Assembly: GCA_001643675.2 (NCBI GenBank)
Contig: LSRY02000008.1
Coordinates: 1,674,001-1,738,000, forward strand
Length of the DNA stretch: 64,000 nucleotides
Direction of reading: 5' to 3'
Origin: Monocercomonoides exilis PA203
Lineage: Eukaryota; Protista; Preaxostyla
A program made the translations under genes and the position numbers. Positions 49,717 to 61,928 of the stretch are shown here, one piece after another (the stretch's first letter is position 1; each line of letters begins with the position of its first letter). The notes below the pieces were generated by a model. It saw only the letters and a list, made by a program, of their open reading frames with translations, was not told the origin of the DNA and did no database searches.

Positions 49717-52244
49717 GTGAAATTTCACCAAGAGGCAAGGGGGAGAGGAAGAGAAGGAGGCAAAAAAAGAAGCGTTTCAGTGAGTGAGTCAAACTCCATT
49801 CCTCTCAACTCCCTCGATGCCATTTGCTTCTCTCTTCCAACTGATTTTTTTTCAATATTTCAACAGCAAATGAAGCATGCTCGCCTTCAACCACCTCCTC
49901 ATGCCAAGCTACATGTTTTATAAGTAGTTGCTCATTTTCGTCAGTCTGTGACGTTTATGATGGAGGTATTGTTCCTTCACTCAACAACCCCTTAGTCTTT
50001 TTGACAGCCTCAAACACCTCGTTTGTTGGGTGTTGCAGAACAAGGAATGTTGAATGTGAAGGAACTGCAGACAGAAAGTTGATTCCAGACAGACAGAACA
50101 CAACAGCCAATGGAGCAAACTCATTCACTTGGTGTGAATGGAATGGATCGAAGACAACAGGAGAAAGCGATTCTGTTTCAGATGGAATATCGAGTGGCGG
50201 GGCAATCTGCATGTTCAGTCAATCAAATGCCTCTGTGTCTGTTTCTCATTGCACTTTCAGCAGCTGCTATGCTCATTATGCAGGGGGCGGTATAAATTGC
50301 TACAATATCAAATCGATTGAGATTGAAAACAACACATTTGATTCTTGTACTGCACAGAATTATCGTGGGGGTGGAATATTCATTTATTTGATTTTGAAAT
50401 GTGTTCGGATCAGCGGGTGCGAATTCCAGAATTGTAAAGCATATAGCCATGGAGGAGGACTTTATTTGGATAATTTTCAGGTTTCAGAGGCAAACTGTAT
50501 TGGAGCTGAAAATGGAGAAGGGGAGAGTGCGTGTGTGTTTGACTGCAGTTTCACTTCATGCTCATTGACAAACAATTATGGAGGAGGTATGTTTTGCTAT
50601 AATGTTCCTGGCACACAATTCAAAATGAGGAGCATTCAGTTTATTTCATGTTCTGCGTTGGCAAGGGGAGGAGGATTTTATTTTGATCCAAACAAGCTAC
50701 ACCAAAAATAATTCAAAGTCGAAAAACTTTCAATCAAAATCGAAAAACTTTCAACCAAAGTCGAAAAACTTTCAAACGAAATCGAAAATTATTATTCAAA
50801 GTTGGAAAACTTTCATTCAAAGTCGAAAGTTTTCATTCGAAGTCGAAAAAGTTTCATTCAAAGTCGAAAATTATTATTCAAAGTCGAAAAAGTTGCAAAC
50901 GAAATCGAAAAACTTTCAATCGAAATCGAAAGACTTTCAAACAAAGTCGAAAATTTCACAAAAAAAATAAATGTAAAATAAAAAGTATTCCACAAAAGAT
51001 GAAAATATTCTTTTGTTTTTGGATATATTATCAGCAATGTTTGCGTTGTCGATTTCTGCAAATTTTAAAGATTGCGAACCAAAATTAATTCAAAAATCAA
51101 CTCAAAACACATCTCAGAACATTTGTTTCCTTCAATAAGAAATGAGTCGTTTGTGATGAAAAAACTTTAAATAAGAGAGTCAATAATGTGTTCTTTATTC
51201 TTCATTAAATAGGAAAAAAAAATAACAATTTTCTGAAGTAAATTTTCTGTGAAGAAGAGTGCTTTCAACTGAAATGAGATAAAAATATGTCAGAATTTCT
51301 CTCATAATTTTAAATTTGTAATTGGTCTTAAGAAAGCTAAGAAAAACACCGGAAAAAAGATAAAAAAACATTTTTATTACAAATGTGATTGATATTTCAA
51401 CAAAAACAATGTTTTTTGACTTGTATTAATTTTTGTCATCTTTTTGAAAATTTAAAGTTTTTCGAACTTTCGACTTTGTTTGAAAGTTTTTCGACTTTGT
51501 TTGAAAGTTTTTCGATTTCGATTGAAAGTTTTTCGATTTCGTTTGCAACTTTTTCGACTTTGAATTATAATTTTCGACTTTGAATGAAACTTTTTCGACT
51601 TCGAATGAAAACTTTCGACTTTGAATGAAAGTTTTCCGACTTTGAATAATAATTTTCGATTTCGTTTGAAAGTTTTTCGACTTTGGTTGAAAGTTTTTCG
51701 ATTTTGAATAATTTTTGGTGTAACAGCACAAAATGAAACAATTTATTGCTATTTCCTCTTCTTCCATGAATGCAACTGTTTGGCCAATATTCCATATGGT
51801 AATGATATGATGTATGTTGATTATTACAATGTTTTTTTGAGCACAGGAAATCCGTTCTATGAATGCTACACCACAAACACAGATGAGAAGAGAATGTGCT
51901 ATGCGTATAATTACTCGAATGCAGGTGCCTGGACATTTGATCAATCAATGAAAAAGGATTGGCTGAAGGACAAGACAATTTATGTTTCGGTGAATGGAAA
52001 TGACTTGAATGAGCTGTGTGGGGCAAATGAATTAAATCCGTGTCTGACGGTGAAGAAAGCGTTTGAGATGTGTGAGGTGCAGATTAGCTTGGCAATCACG
52101 CTGCTGGATGGGAATCACAAAAGCGAGGTGACAACAATTGAGGCTGGATCAAAGAAGATTTCAGTCATTGGGAAGGGAAGGGAAGCAAGTTCGATTGGAA
52201 CAAGAGCTGTTTTGCTTTTATTCTCTGCTCAGCAGTTTTTTTAA
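49717..52244 (+). pseudogene. Beta-helix family copy 9, interrupted by a transposon and 5' frameshifted
   Basis: Fragments 49717..49923, 50001..50711 and 51780..52244. Removing the element plus one TA restores FDPNKLTAQNETIYCYFLFFHEC. Confidence 0.85.
50700..51720. mobile_element. 1021-bp foldback-type non-autonomous DNA transposon with ~250-bp modular TIRs and TA target duplication
   Basis: TA|CACCAAAAAT...ATTTTTGGTG|TA. TIRs are built from ~21-bp units (A(A/G)TCGAAAAACTTTCAAxCxAA); AT-rich non-coding interior. Confidence 0.9.
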
Positions 52245-53097
52245 TCATCCGTTTTTTTTATTTTCCTCCTTCTCATCGTTGCCCTATGAAAAAGCGTATC
52301 TCAGTCACTTTAGCTGTCTTCATAACAACAAAAGAATTCTAGCGGCTTCTAATCAATTTTTCTGCTTTTATTGGTTTTTACTGGGTAAACTTTCATGAGC
52401 AGAAAGAAGGAGGAGCAGAAAGATAGAGGCTGAGTCTTTGTTGGCTATGATAATTGTGTAGGTTGTGCCAAATGTACATTTATCATCACCAACTTTTTCA
52501 TCAATAATTTTAAAAAAAAAAAATAAACCTTCATCCTCCTCTTTTTCATTTTCTTCCTACTCTTCTTCTTTATCATCGTAATCTTTTTCTTCCTCTTCTT
52601 CATTTTTCTAGTCTATGCATTAGATTCTGGTTGTAGGAGTTAATTGAGTGGAAGCAGAACTGAGGGTTTTAAAGGGGTGGTTTTTGAGGTCAAAGGGAAG
52701 CGATGCAATCGGAAATGGGATCGGCAGCAGAGATGGGGCAAGCGGGTGTGCCAGCAGAAAGGACGATATTTAGAGGAGGAGGAGGAAGAGGAGGAAAAGA
52801 AAAAGAAGAAGAAACGACGAGTTGGAAAAAGTCAGCGAAAAAAAAATCGAATAAAAAGGTTTCTTGTATGTTTTGTTTTGTTTTTTTCTTGCACAAAGGT
52901 TATGCCTTGATGCTTATTTTTCTGATTTTCATATATTTCATAAATGATTTTATTTCGATCATTTTTCTTGTATATTTGTATTGTTGTGTACTTAGAATTT
53001 TTTTACGAATGCCAATTAAAGCGATGAAAGAAAATGGATTTTTGAAAAAAAGCAGAAGATTGCAACAAAAGAAAAAGGGATATGAGGAAAGCAGACG

Positions 53098-54807
53098 ATG
53101 AAGAAGGGGCAGAAAAGATGGAAAAAGGGATGCGACCATGTTGAGGTATTTTGTGAAATTTCACCAAGAAGCATTGAGAAGAGAAGGAGGCAAAGAAAGA
53201 AGTGCTTCAGTGAGCGAACTGCATTTCTCTTTTTTCTGTATTTTTCTCTTCCAACATATTTTTTTTTCAATATTTCAACAGCAAATGAAGCATGCTCACC
53301 TTCAACGACTACATCATCCCAAACCTCATATCTAATGAATAGTTGTTCATTTTCATCAGTTAGCGACACATATGATGGCGGGATTGTTCCTTCCCTCAAT
53401 AACCCCTATGCCTCTTTGACTGCCTCAAATACCTCATTCATAGAATGTTGCCGGACAAGAAATGTTGAATGCATTGGAACTTCAGGTAATAAGAAACAAC
53501 CAGGAAGACAGAATATAACAGACAATGGACCGAATACATTCACGTGGTGTGAGTGGAGTGGATCGAAGACGACTGGAAACAAAGATGATTATACTGATGA
53601 TGCTTCAAATGGTGGAGCAATTCGCATGTACAATCTGGGAAATGGAGAACTTTCTGTATCTCATTGCACGTTCAACGACTGTTATGCCTATTATAGAGGC
53701 GGTGGGATTATGTGCCTAACAATTAAGTCTATACAAATCGAAAATAATGTGTTTAATGCTTGTACTGCACAAAATCAGCATGGAGGAGGAATGTATGCGT
53801 ATGGAATTTCATCATGTGCCCGAATTAGCGGATGTGAATTCCAGAATTGTAAAGCAAATTATTACGGAGGAGGACTTCTTTTTGAATCTTTTCAGGTTTC
53901 AGGAACAGGATGCATTCCAACAGAAAATGGGGAAGGGGAGAGTGCGTGTGTATTTGACTGCAATTTCACTTCATGCTCACTTACGAATAGTTGCGGCGGA
54001 GGTATGTTTTGTAGAAGTGCACCTGAACAATTCAAAATGAGGAGCATTCAGTTCATTTCATGTTCAGCACGGCAAGAGGGAGGAGGATTATTTTTGCAGC
54101 CAAATCGAGCAACAGCACCAAATGATAAAATTTATTGTTTCTTCTTGTTTTTTCACGAATGCAGCTGCAGGGATGCAAATAATCCACGAGGACATGACGT
54201 TGAATATGTTGATTATTACAATCTGTATTTGGAATCAGGAAATCCATTTTATGAATGTTACACCACAAACACAAACGATAAGAGGATCTGCTTTGCATAC
54301 AATTATGCAAATGCAAGTGCCTGGACATATGATCAAACATCAAAAAAGGATTGGCTGAAGGATAAGACGATTTATGTTTCTGTGAGTGGGAATGATGAAT
54401 ATGAGTTGTGCGGGGCAAATGAATCAAATCCGTGTCTGACAGTGAAGAAGGCGTTTGAGATGTGTGAGATGCAGATTAGTTTGACAATAACGCTGATGAA
54501 AGGGAATCACACAAGCGAGGTGACAACAATTGAGGTTGGATCAAAGAAGATTTCAGTCATTGGGAAGGGAAGGGAAGCAAGTTCGATTGGAACAGGAACA
54601 CTTTCAGCAGCAGAAGCGCTGTTCAGTGTGACGAGTGGCCATTTGGGAACGAGCCATTTGAAGGTTGATTGCAACTCAACAGCAGATTTTTCTTCACCAA
54701 GCGTGGTAGTGGCATCTGATGGAGCAGGCAGAACACTTTCCCTGAAAGAATGTTTCAGGAAGAGAGTTATTTGTATGCAGAAAACGATAGCCGAAGGATG
54801 CAAATAG
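53098..54807 (+). CDS. Beta-helix family copy 10; 5' disrupted, 3'-truncated
   Basis: 569-aa ORF. The SASVSELHFS motif is in another frame (53138..53335). Family similarity ends at SDGAGRTLSLKE. Confidence 0.75.
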   Translation: MKKGQKRWKKGCDHVEVFCEISPRSIEKRRRQRKKCFSERTAFLFFLYFSLPTYFFFNISTANEACSPSTTTSSQTSYLMNSCSFSSVSDTYDGGIVPSLNNPYASLTASNTSFIECCRTRNVECIGTSGNKKQPGRQNITDNGPNTFTWCEWSGSKTTGNKDDYTDDASNGGAIRMYNLGNGELSVSHCTFNDCYAYYRGGGIMCLTIKSIQIENNVFNACTAQNQHGGGMYAYGISSCARISGCEFQNCKANYYGGGLLFESFQVSGTGCIPTENGEGESACVFDCNFTSCSLTNSCGGGMFCRSAPEQFKMRSIQFISCSARQEGGGLFLQPNRATAPNDKIYCFFLFFHECSCRDANNPRGHDVEYVDYYNLYLESGNPFYECYTTNTNDKRICFAYNYANASAWTYDQTSKKDWLKDKTIYVSVSGNDEYELCGANESNPCLTVKKAFEMCEMQISLTITLMKGNHTSEVTTIEVGSKKISVIGKGREASSIGTGTLSAAEALFSVTSGHLGTSHLKVDCNSTADFSSPSVVVASDGAGRTLSLKECFRKRVICMQKTIAEGCK

Positions 54808-57350
54808 ACATGGCTTGCCATGGCAGTGATATTTTCATCGTGCCCTGAATCAGTTCTTGTGTGTGCATTATTTCTTTCAAAAATTGTTCGAAGATATGAT
54901 GCATCAGTTGATATGTGTTTCTTCTTTTTTTCTTTTCTTTTGGAGGGAGGGGAATAAAAATAAAATAAAATATTAAAAACAAAAAAAATCTAAGCTTATT
55001 GATGAATTATTTATTTTTAAAGAGGAACTGAAAAAGAAAAAAATAAAAACAGTTGTTGTTTGATCTTTCTCTGAAACATTTAACTCATCAATCCCTTTTT
55101 GTCAATGATAATATTTTTATTTTTTGATTTTTATTTTTTGATTTTTGCAGAGGCTTGGAGATGCCTGAGATCCAAAAAATAATATTTTTATAATATTGTT
55201 ATTTTTGAATTTTGTGTTTGTTTTGTGAAACATTTTATGAGCATTATGTTTTGGAAGTTTGTTTTTGTTTACAGATGTGTGATCATTGGCTGAGAGTTTT
55301 TTCAGAGAAAGTTATTTCTGATTTTTAAAATTCTTTTGAGGTTGATCCGTCACGGGCATTTGCTTGTTTTCTATAACACGCACACAACACACTCAAGCAA
55401 ATAGAAATCAAAAAATACAGGCATTTAATAAAATGCTCATGTTTTGTGTTTTTTCTTTCCATGTTTTTTTTTAACAAAAATCTTTAATTTTTCAATAAAT
55501 AGTGTTTTTTTCTGTGCAACTTTGTTTTATAGAAAAATTAAAAATTTTTGGAGGAAAACAAGGAATTGCAATTATTTTTCGTTTTTCAGATGAAAGAGAA
55601 GAAAAGAGAAGATGAAAGTGGTTTGTTTCTTTTTTTCCCCCAACAATGAAATGTTTGTTCGAGAGATATGTGAAAAAAAGAAAATAAATATAATCAATGA
55701 TATTGGTCAGATTGAATTTGTTTTTATATTCAATGGAGTATGAACCACTCAGATTTATTCTTTTCTGTTGAATCCCTATGATATGATAAAGCAATGAAAA
55801 TATTGATTTCAAAAAGAATCACCCATCCATTTCCTTGAGATAACAAGGATCAGATATTGAAATGGAACTCTTCTTTTGATCAAATATCATTCACCAAAAT
55901 TATTCTTGAACAACCTTTTTGAAATAGATTGAATGAGAACATGATTACAAAAATCAACCATTTGTTCCATTTTGTTTCCAATTTGTCAATAATTCCGTTT
56001 TCAATTACCAAAGTGATTTGGGAACATTTCCAATTTTTTGTGAGAAAAAATACCAATCTTTCTTTTTTGATAAGTGATATTATTTGCAAAAACATTCATG
56101 TTAATTTATTTGAATTTAATTGGCTTTTTTGACAATTTTTTATTGATATGTTTCTTTGGTAATTGAAAACGGAATTATTGACAAATTGGAAACAAATTGG
56201 AACAAATGGTTGATTTTTGTAATCATGTTCTCATTCAATCTATTTCAAAAAGGTTGTTCAAGAATAATTTTGGTGAATGATATTTGATCAAAAGAAGAGT
56301 TCCATTTCAATATCTGATCCTTGTTATCTCAAGGAAATGGATGGGTGATTCTTTTTGAAATCAATATTTTCATTGCTTTATCATATCATAGGGATTCAAC
56401 AGAAAAGAATAAATCTGAGTGGTTCATACTCCATTGAATATAAAAACAAATTCAATCTGACCAATATCATTGATTATATTTATTTTCTTTTTTTCACATA
56501 TCTCTCGAACAAACATTTCATTGTTGGGGGAAAAAAAGAAACAAACCACTTTCATCTTCTCTTTTCTTCTCTTTCAACTGAAAAATGAAAAAGCATCACA
56601 ATTCCTTGTTTTCCTCCAAAAATTTTTAATTTTTCTATAAAACAAAGTTGCACAGAAAAAAACACTATTTATTGAAAAATTAAAGATTTTTGTTAAAAAA
56701 AAACATGGAAAGAAAAAACACAAAACATGAGCATTTTATTAAATGCCTGTATTTTTTGATTTCTATTTGCTTGAGTGTGTTGTGTGCGTGTTATAGAAAA
56801 CAAGCAAATGCCCGTGACGGATCAACCTCAAAAGAATTTTAAAAATCAGAAATAACTTTCTCTGAAAAAACTCTCAGCCAATGATCACACATCTGTAAAC
56901 AAAAACAAACTTCCAAAACATAATGCTCATAAAATGTTTCACAAAACAAACACAAAATTCAAAAATAACAATATTATAAAAATATTATTTTTTGGATCTC
57001 AGGCATCTCCAAGCCTCTGCAAAAATCAAAAAATAAAAATCAAAAAATAAAAATATTATCATTGACAAAAAGGGATTGATGAGTTAAATGTTTCAGAGAA
57101 AGATCAAACAACAACTGTTTTTATTTTTTCTTTTCAGTTCCTCTTTAAAAATAAATAATTCATCAATAAGCTTAGATTTTTTTGTTTTTAATATTTTATT
57201 TTATTTTTATTCCCCTCCAAAAGAAAAGAAAAAAGAAGAAACACATATCAACTGATGCATCATATCTTCGAACAATTTTTGAAAGAAATAATGCACACAC
57301 AAGAACGATTCAGGGCACGATGAAAATATCACTGCCATGGCAAGCCATGT

Positions 57351-58935
57351 CTATTTGCATCCTTCGGCTATCGCGTTCTGCATACAAATAACTCTCTTCC
57401 TGAAACATTCTTTCAGGGAAAGTGTTCTGCCTGCTCCATCAGATGCCACTACCACGCTTGGTGAAGAAAAATCTGCTGTTGAGTTGCAATCAACCTTCAA
57501 ATGGCTCGTTCCCAAATGGCCACTCGTCACACTGAACAGCGCTTCTGCTGCTGAAAGTGTTCCTGTTCCAATCGCTTGCTTCCCTTCCCTTCCCAATGAC
57601 TGAAATCTTCTTTGATCCAACCTCAATTGTTGTCACCTCGCTTGTGTGATTCCCTTTCATCAGCGTTATTGTCAAACTAATCTGCATCTCACACATCTCA
57701 AACGCCTTCTTCACTGTCAGACACGGATTTGATTCATTTGCCCCGCACAACTCATATTCATCATTCCCACTCACAGAAACATAAATCGTCTTATCCTTCA
57801 GCCAATCCTTTTTGATGTTTGATCATATGTCCAGGCACTTGCATTTGCATAATTGTATGCAAAGCAGATCCTCTTATCGTTTGTGTTTGTGGTGTAACAT
57901 TCATAAAATGGATTTCCTGATTCCAAATACAGATTGTAATAATCAACATATTCAACGTCATGTCCTCGTGGATTATTTGCATCCCTGCAGCTGCATTCGT
58001 GAAAAACAAGAAGAAACAATAAATTTTATCATTTGGTGCTGTTGCTCGATTTGGCTGCAAAAATAATCCTCCTCCCTCTTGCCGTGCTGAACATGAAATG
58101 AACTGAATTCACCACTTCTACAAAACATACCTCCGCCGCAACTATTCGTAAGTGAGCATGAAGTGAAATTGCAGTCAAATACACACGCACTCTCCCCTTC
58201 CCCATTTTCTGTTGGAATGCATCCTGTTCCTGAAACCTGAAAAGATTCAAAAGAAGTCCTCCTCCGTAATAATTTGCTTTACAATTCTGGAATTCACATC
58301 CGCTAATTCGGGCACATGATGAAATTCCATACGCATACATTCCTCCTCCATGCTGATTTTGTGCAGTACAAGCATTAAACACATTATTTTCGATTTGTAT
58401 AGACTTAATTGTTAGGCACATAATCCCACCGCCTCTATAATAGGCATAACAGTCGTTGTGAGATACAGAAAGTTCTCCATTTCCCAGATTGTACATGCGA
58501 ATTGCTCCACCATTTGAAGCATCATCAGTATAATCATCTTTGTTTCCAGTCGTCTTCGATCCACTCACACCACGTGAATGTATTCGGTCCATTGTCTGTT
58601 ATATTCTGTCTTCCTGGTTGTTTCTTATTGCCTGAAGTTCCAATGCATTCAACATTTCTTGTCCGGCAACATTCTATGAATGAGGTATTTGAGGCAGTCA
58701 AAGAGGCATAGGGGAAATTGAATCATACCGCATATATGTGTCAACTAATTAGATATGAGGTTTGGGATGATGTAGTCGTTGAAGGTGAGCATGCTTCATT
58801 TGCTGTTGAAATATTGAAAAAAATATGTTGGAAGAAATACAGAAAAAAGAAATGCAGTTCGCTCACTGAAGCACTTCTTTCTTTGCCTCCTTCTCTTCTC
58901 AATGCTTCTTGGTGAAATTTCATGCACCTCAACAT
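57351..58935 (-). CDS. Mirror of copy 10, fragmented by probable sequencing deletions
   Basis: ORF fragments match 53098..54807; differences are mostly deletions. Confidence 0.6.
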
Positions 58936-59644
58936 GGTCGCATCATCTCTGCTTATCTTCTGCTTTTTTTGTCTTTCAAAAATCCATTTTCTTTCATCGC
59001 TTTAATTCAAGTAAAACAAGTACAAATAATACAAGAAAAATGATCGAAATAAAATCATTTATGTGAAAATCAGAAAAATAAGCATCAAGGCATAACCTGT
59101 GCAAGCAGAAACAAACAAAACACAAGAAACCTTTTTATTCGATTTTTTTCGCTGACTTTTTCCAACTCGTCGTTTCTTCTTCTTTTCTTTTCCTCCTCTT
59201 CCTCCTCCTCTAAATATCGTCCTTTCTGCTGGCACACCCGCTTGCCCCATCTCTGCTGCCGATCCCATTTCCATCCTTCGACCTCAAAAACCACCCCTTT
59301 AAAACCCTCAGTTCTGCTTCCACTCCTTGGAATCTAATGCATAGACTAGAAAAATGAAGAAGAGAAGAAAAAAGATTACGATGATAAAGAAGAAGAGTAG
59401 GAAAATGAAAAAGAGGAGGATGAAGGTTTATTTTTTTTTAAAATTATTGATGAAAAGTTGGTGATGATAAATGTACATTTGGCACAACCTACACAATTAT
59501 AGCCAACAAAGACTCAGCCTCTATCTTTCTGCTCCTCCTTCTTTCTGCTCATGGCCCAGTAAAAACCAATAAAAGCAGAAAATTGATTAGAAGCCAATTC
59601 TTTTGTTGTTATGAAGACAGCTAAAGTGACTGAGATACGCTTTT

Positions 59645-61928
59645 TCATAGGGCAACGATGAGAAGGAGGAAAATAAAAAAACGGATGATTAAAAACTGCT
59701 GAGCAGAGAATAAAAGCAAAACAGCTCTTGTTCCAATCGAACTTGCTTCCCTTCCCTTCCCAATGACTGAAATCTTCTTTGATCCAGCCTCAATTGTTGT
59801 CACCTCGCTTTTGTGATTCCCATCCAGCAGCGTGATTGCCAAGCAATCTGCACCTCACACATCTCTAGCTCATTCAAGTCATTTCCATTCACCGAAACAT
59901 AAATTGTCTTGTCCTTCAGCCAATCCTTTTGTTGATTGATCAAATGTCCAGGCACCTGCATTCATTATAGCACATTCTCTTCTCATCTGTGTTTGTGGTG
60001 TAGCATTCATAGAACGGATTTCCTGTGCTCAAAAACATCAACATACATCATATCATTACCATATGGAATATTGGCCAAACAGTTGCATTCATGGAAGAAG
60101 AGGGCAATAAATTGTTTCATTTTGTGCTGTTACACCAAAATTATTCAAAATCGAAAAACTTTCAACCAAAGTCGAAAAACTTTCAAACGAAATCGAAAAT
60201 TATTATTCAAAGTCGGAAAACTTTCATTCAAAAGTTTTCATTCGAAGTCGAAAAAGTTTCATTCAAAGTCGAAAATTATAATTCAAAGTCGAAAAAGTTG
60301 CAAACGAAATCGAAAAACTTTCAATCGAAATCGAAAAACTTTCAAACAAAGTCGAAAAACTTTCAAACAAAGTCGAAAGTTCGAAAAACTTTAAATTTCA
60401 AAAGATGACAAAAATTAATACAAGTCAAAAAACATTGGTACACATCAATCACATTTGTAATAAAAATGTTTTTATCTTTCCGGTGTTTTTCTTAGCTTTC
60501 TTAAGACCAATTACAAATTTAAAATTATGAGAGAAATTCTGACATATTTTTATCTCATTTCAGTTGAAAGCACTCTTCTTCACAGAAAATTACCTATTTA
60601 ATGAAGAATAAAGAACACATTATTGACTCTCTTATTTAAAGTTTTTCATCACAAACGACTCATTTCTTATTGAAGGATGTGTTCTGAGATGTTTGAGTTG
60701 ATTTTGAATTAATTTTGGTTCGCAATCTTTAAAATTTGCAGAAATCGACAACGCAAACATTGCTGATAATATATCCAAAAACAAAAGAATATTTTCATCT
60801 TTTGTGGAATACTTTTATTTTATTTATTTTTTGTGAAATTTTCGACTTTGTTTGAAAGTCTTTCGATTTCGATTGAAAGTTTTTCGATTTCGTTTGCAAC
60901 TTTTTCGACTTTGAATAATAATTTTCGACTTTGAATGAAACTTTTCGACTTCGAATGAAAACTTTCGACTTTGAATGAAAGTTTTCCAACTTTGAATAAT
61001 AATTTTCGATTTCATGAAAGTTTTTCGACTTTGGTTGAAAGTTTTCGATTTTGATTGAAAGTTTTCGACTTTGAATTATTTTGGTGTAGCTTGTTTGGAT
61101 CAAAATAAAATCCTCCTCCCTTGCCAACGCAGAACATGAAATAAACTGAATGCTCCTCATTTTGAATTGTGTGCCAGGAACATTATAGCAAAACATACCT
61201 CCTCCATAATTGTTTGTCAATGAGCATGAAGTGAAACTGCAGTCAAACACACACGCACTCCCTTCTCCATTTTCAGCTCCAATACAGTTTGCCTCTGAAA
61301 CCTGAAAATTATCCAAATAAAGTCCTCCTCCATGGCTATATGCTTTACAATTCTGGAATTCGCACCGCTGATCCGAACACATTTCAAAATCAAATAAATG
61401 AACCAATCAAATGTGTTGTTTTCAATCTCAATCGATTTGATATTGCCCTGGAGCATAGCAGCTGCTGAAAGTGCAATGAGAAACAGACACAGAGGCATTT
61501 GATTGACTGAACATGCAGATTGCCCCGCCACTCGATATTCCATCTGAAACAGAATCGCTTTCTCCTGTTGTCTTCGATCCATTCCATTCACACCAAGTGA
61601 ATGAGTTTGCTCCATTGGCTGTTGTGTTCTGTCTGTCCAAATCAACTTTCTGTCAGTTCACATTCAACATGTTCTGCAACACCCAACAAACGAGGTGTTT
61701 GAGGCTGTCAAAAGACTAAGGGGTTGTTGAGTGAAGGAACAATACCTCCATCATAAACGTCACAGACTGACGAGCGCTACTTAAAACATGTAGCATGAGG
61801 AGGTGGCGAGCATGCTTCATTTGCTGTTGAAATATTGAAAAATCAGTTGGAAGAGAGCAAATGGCATCGAGGGAGTTGAGAGGAATGGAGTTTGACTCAC
61901 TCACTGAAACGCTTCTTTTTTGCCTCAA
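59645..61928 (-). pseudogene. Mirror of copy 9, transposon-interrupted and error-rich
   Basis: Fragments match 49717..52244. Confidence 0.65.
60133..61086. mobile_element. Mirror copy of the foldback transposon
   Basis: ta|cacc at 60133 and ggtg|ta ending 61086, at the same insertion site as in copy 9. Confidence 0.85.

Noticed and set aside
50700-51720. ~21-bp repeats as a CRISPR array or as SKSKNFQ repeat proteins
   Set aside because: No unique spacers and no cas genes. The repeats form the inverted ends of a TA-flanked insertion.
3821-54807. Diversity-generating retroelement acting on the family
   Set aside because: No reverse transcriptase or template/variable repeat pair was seen. Variation is block-wise and not adenine-restricted.
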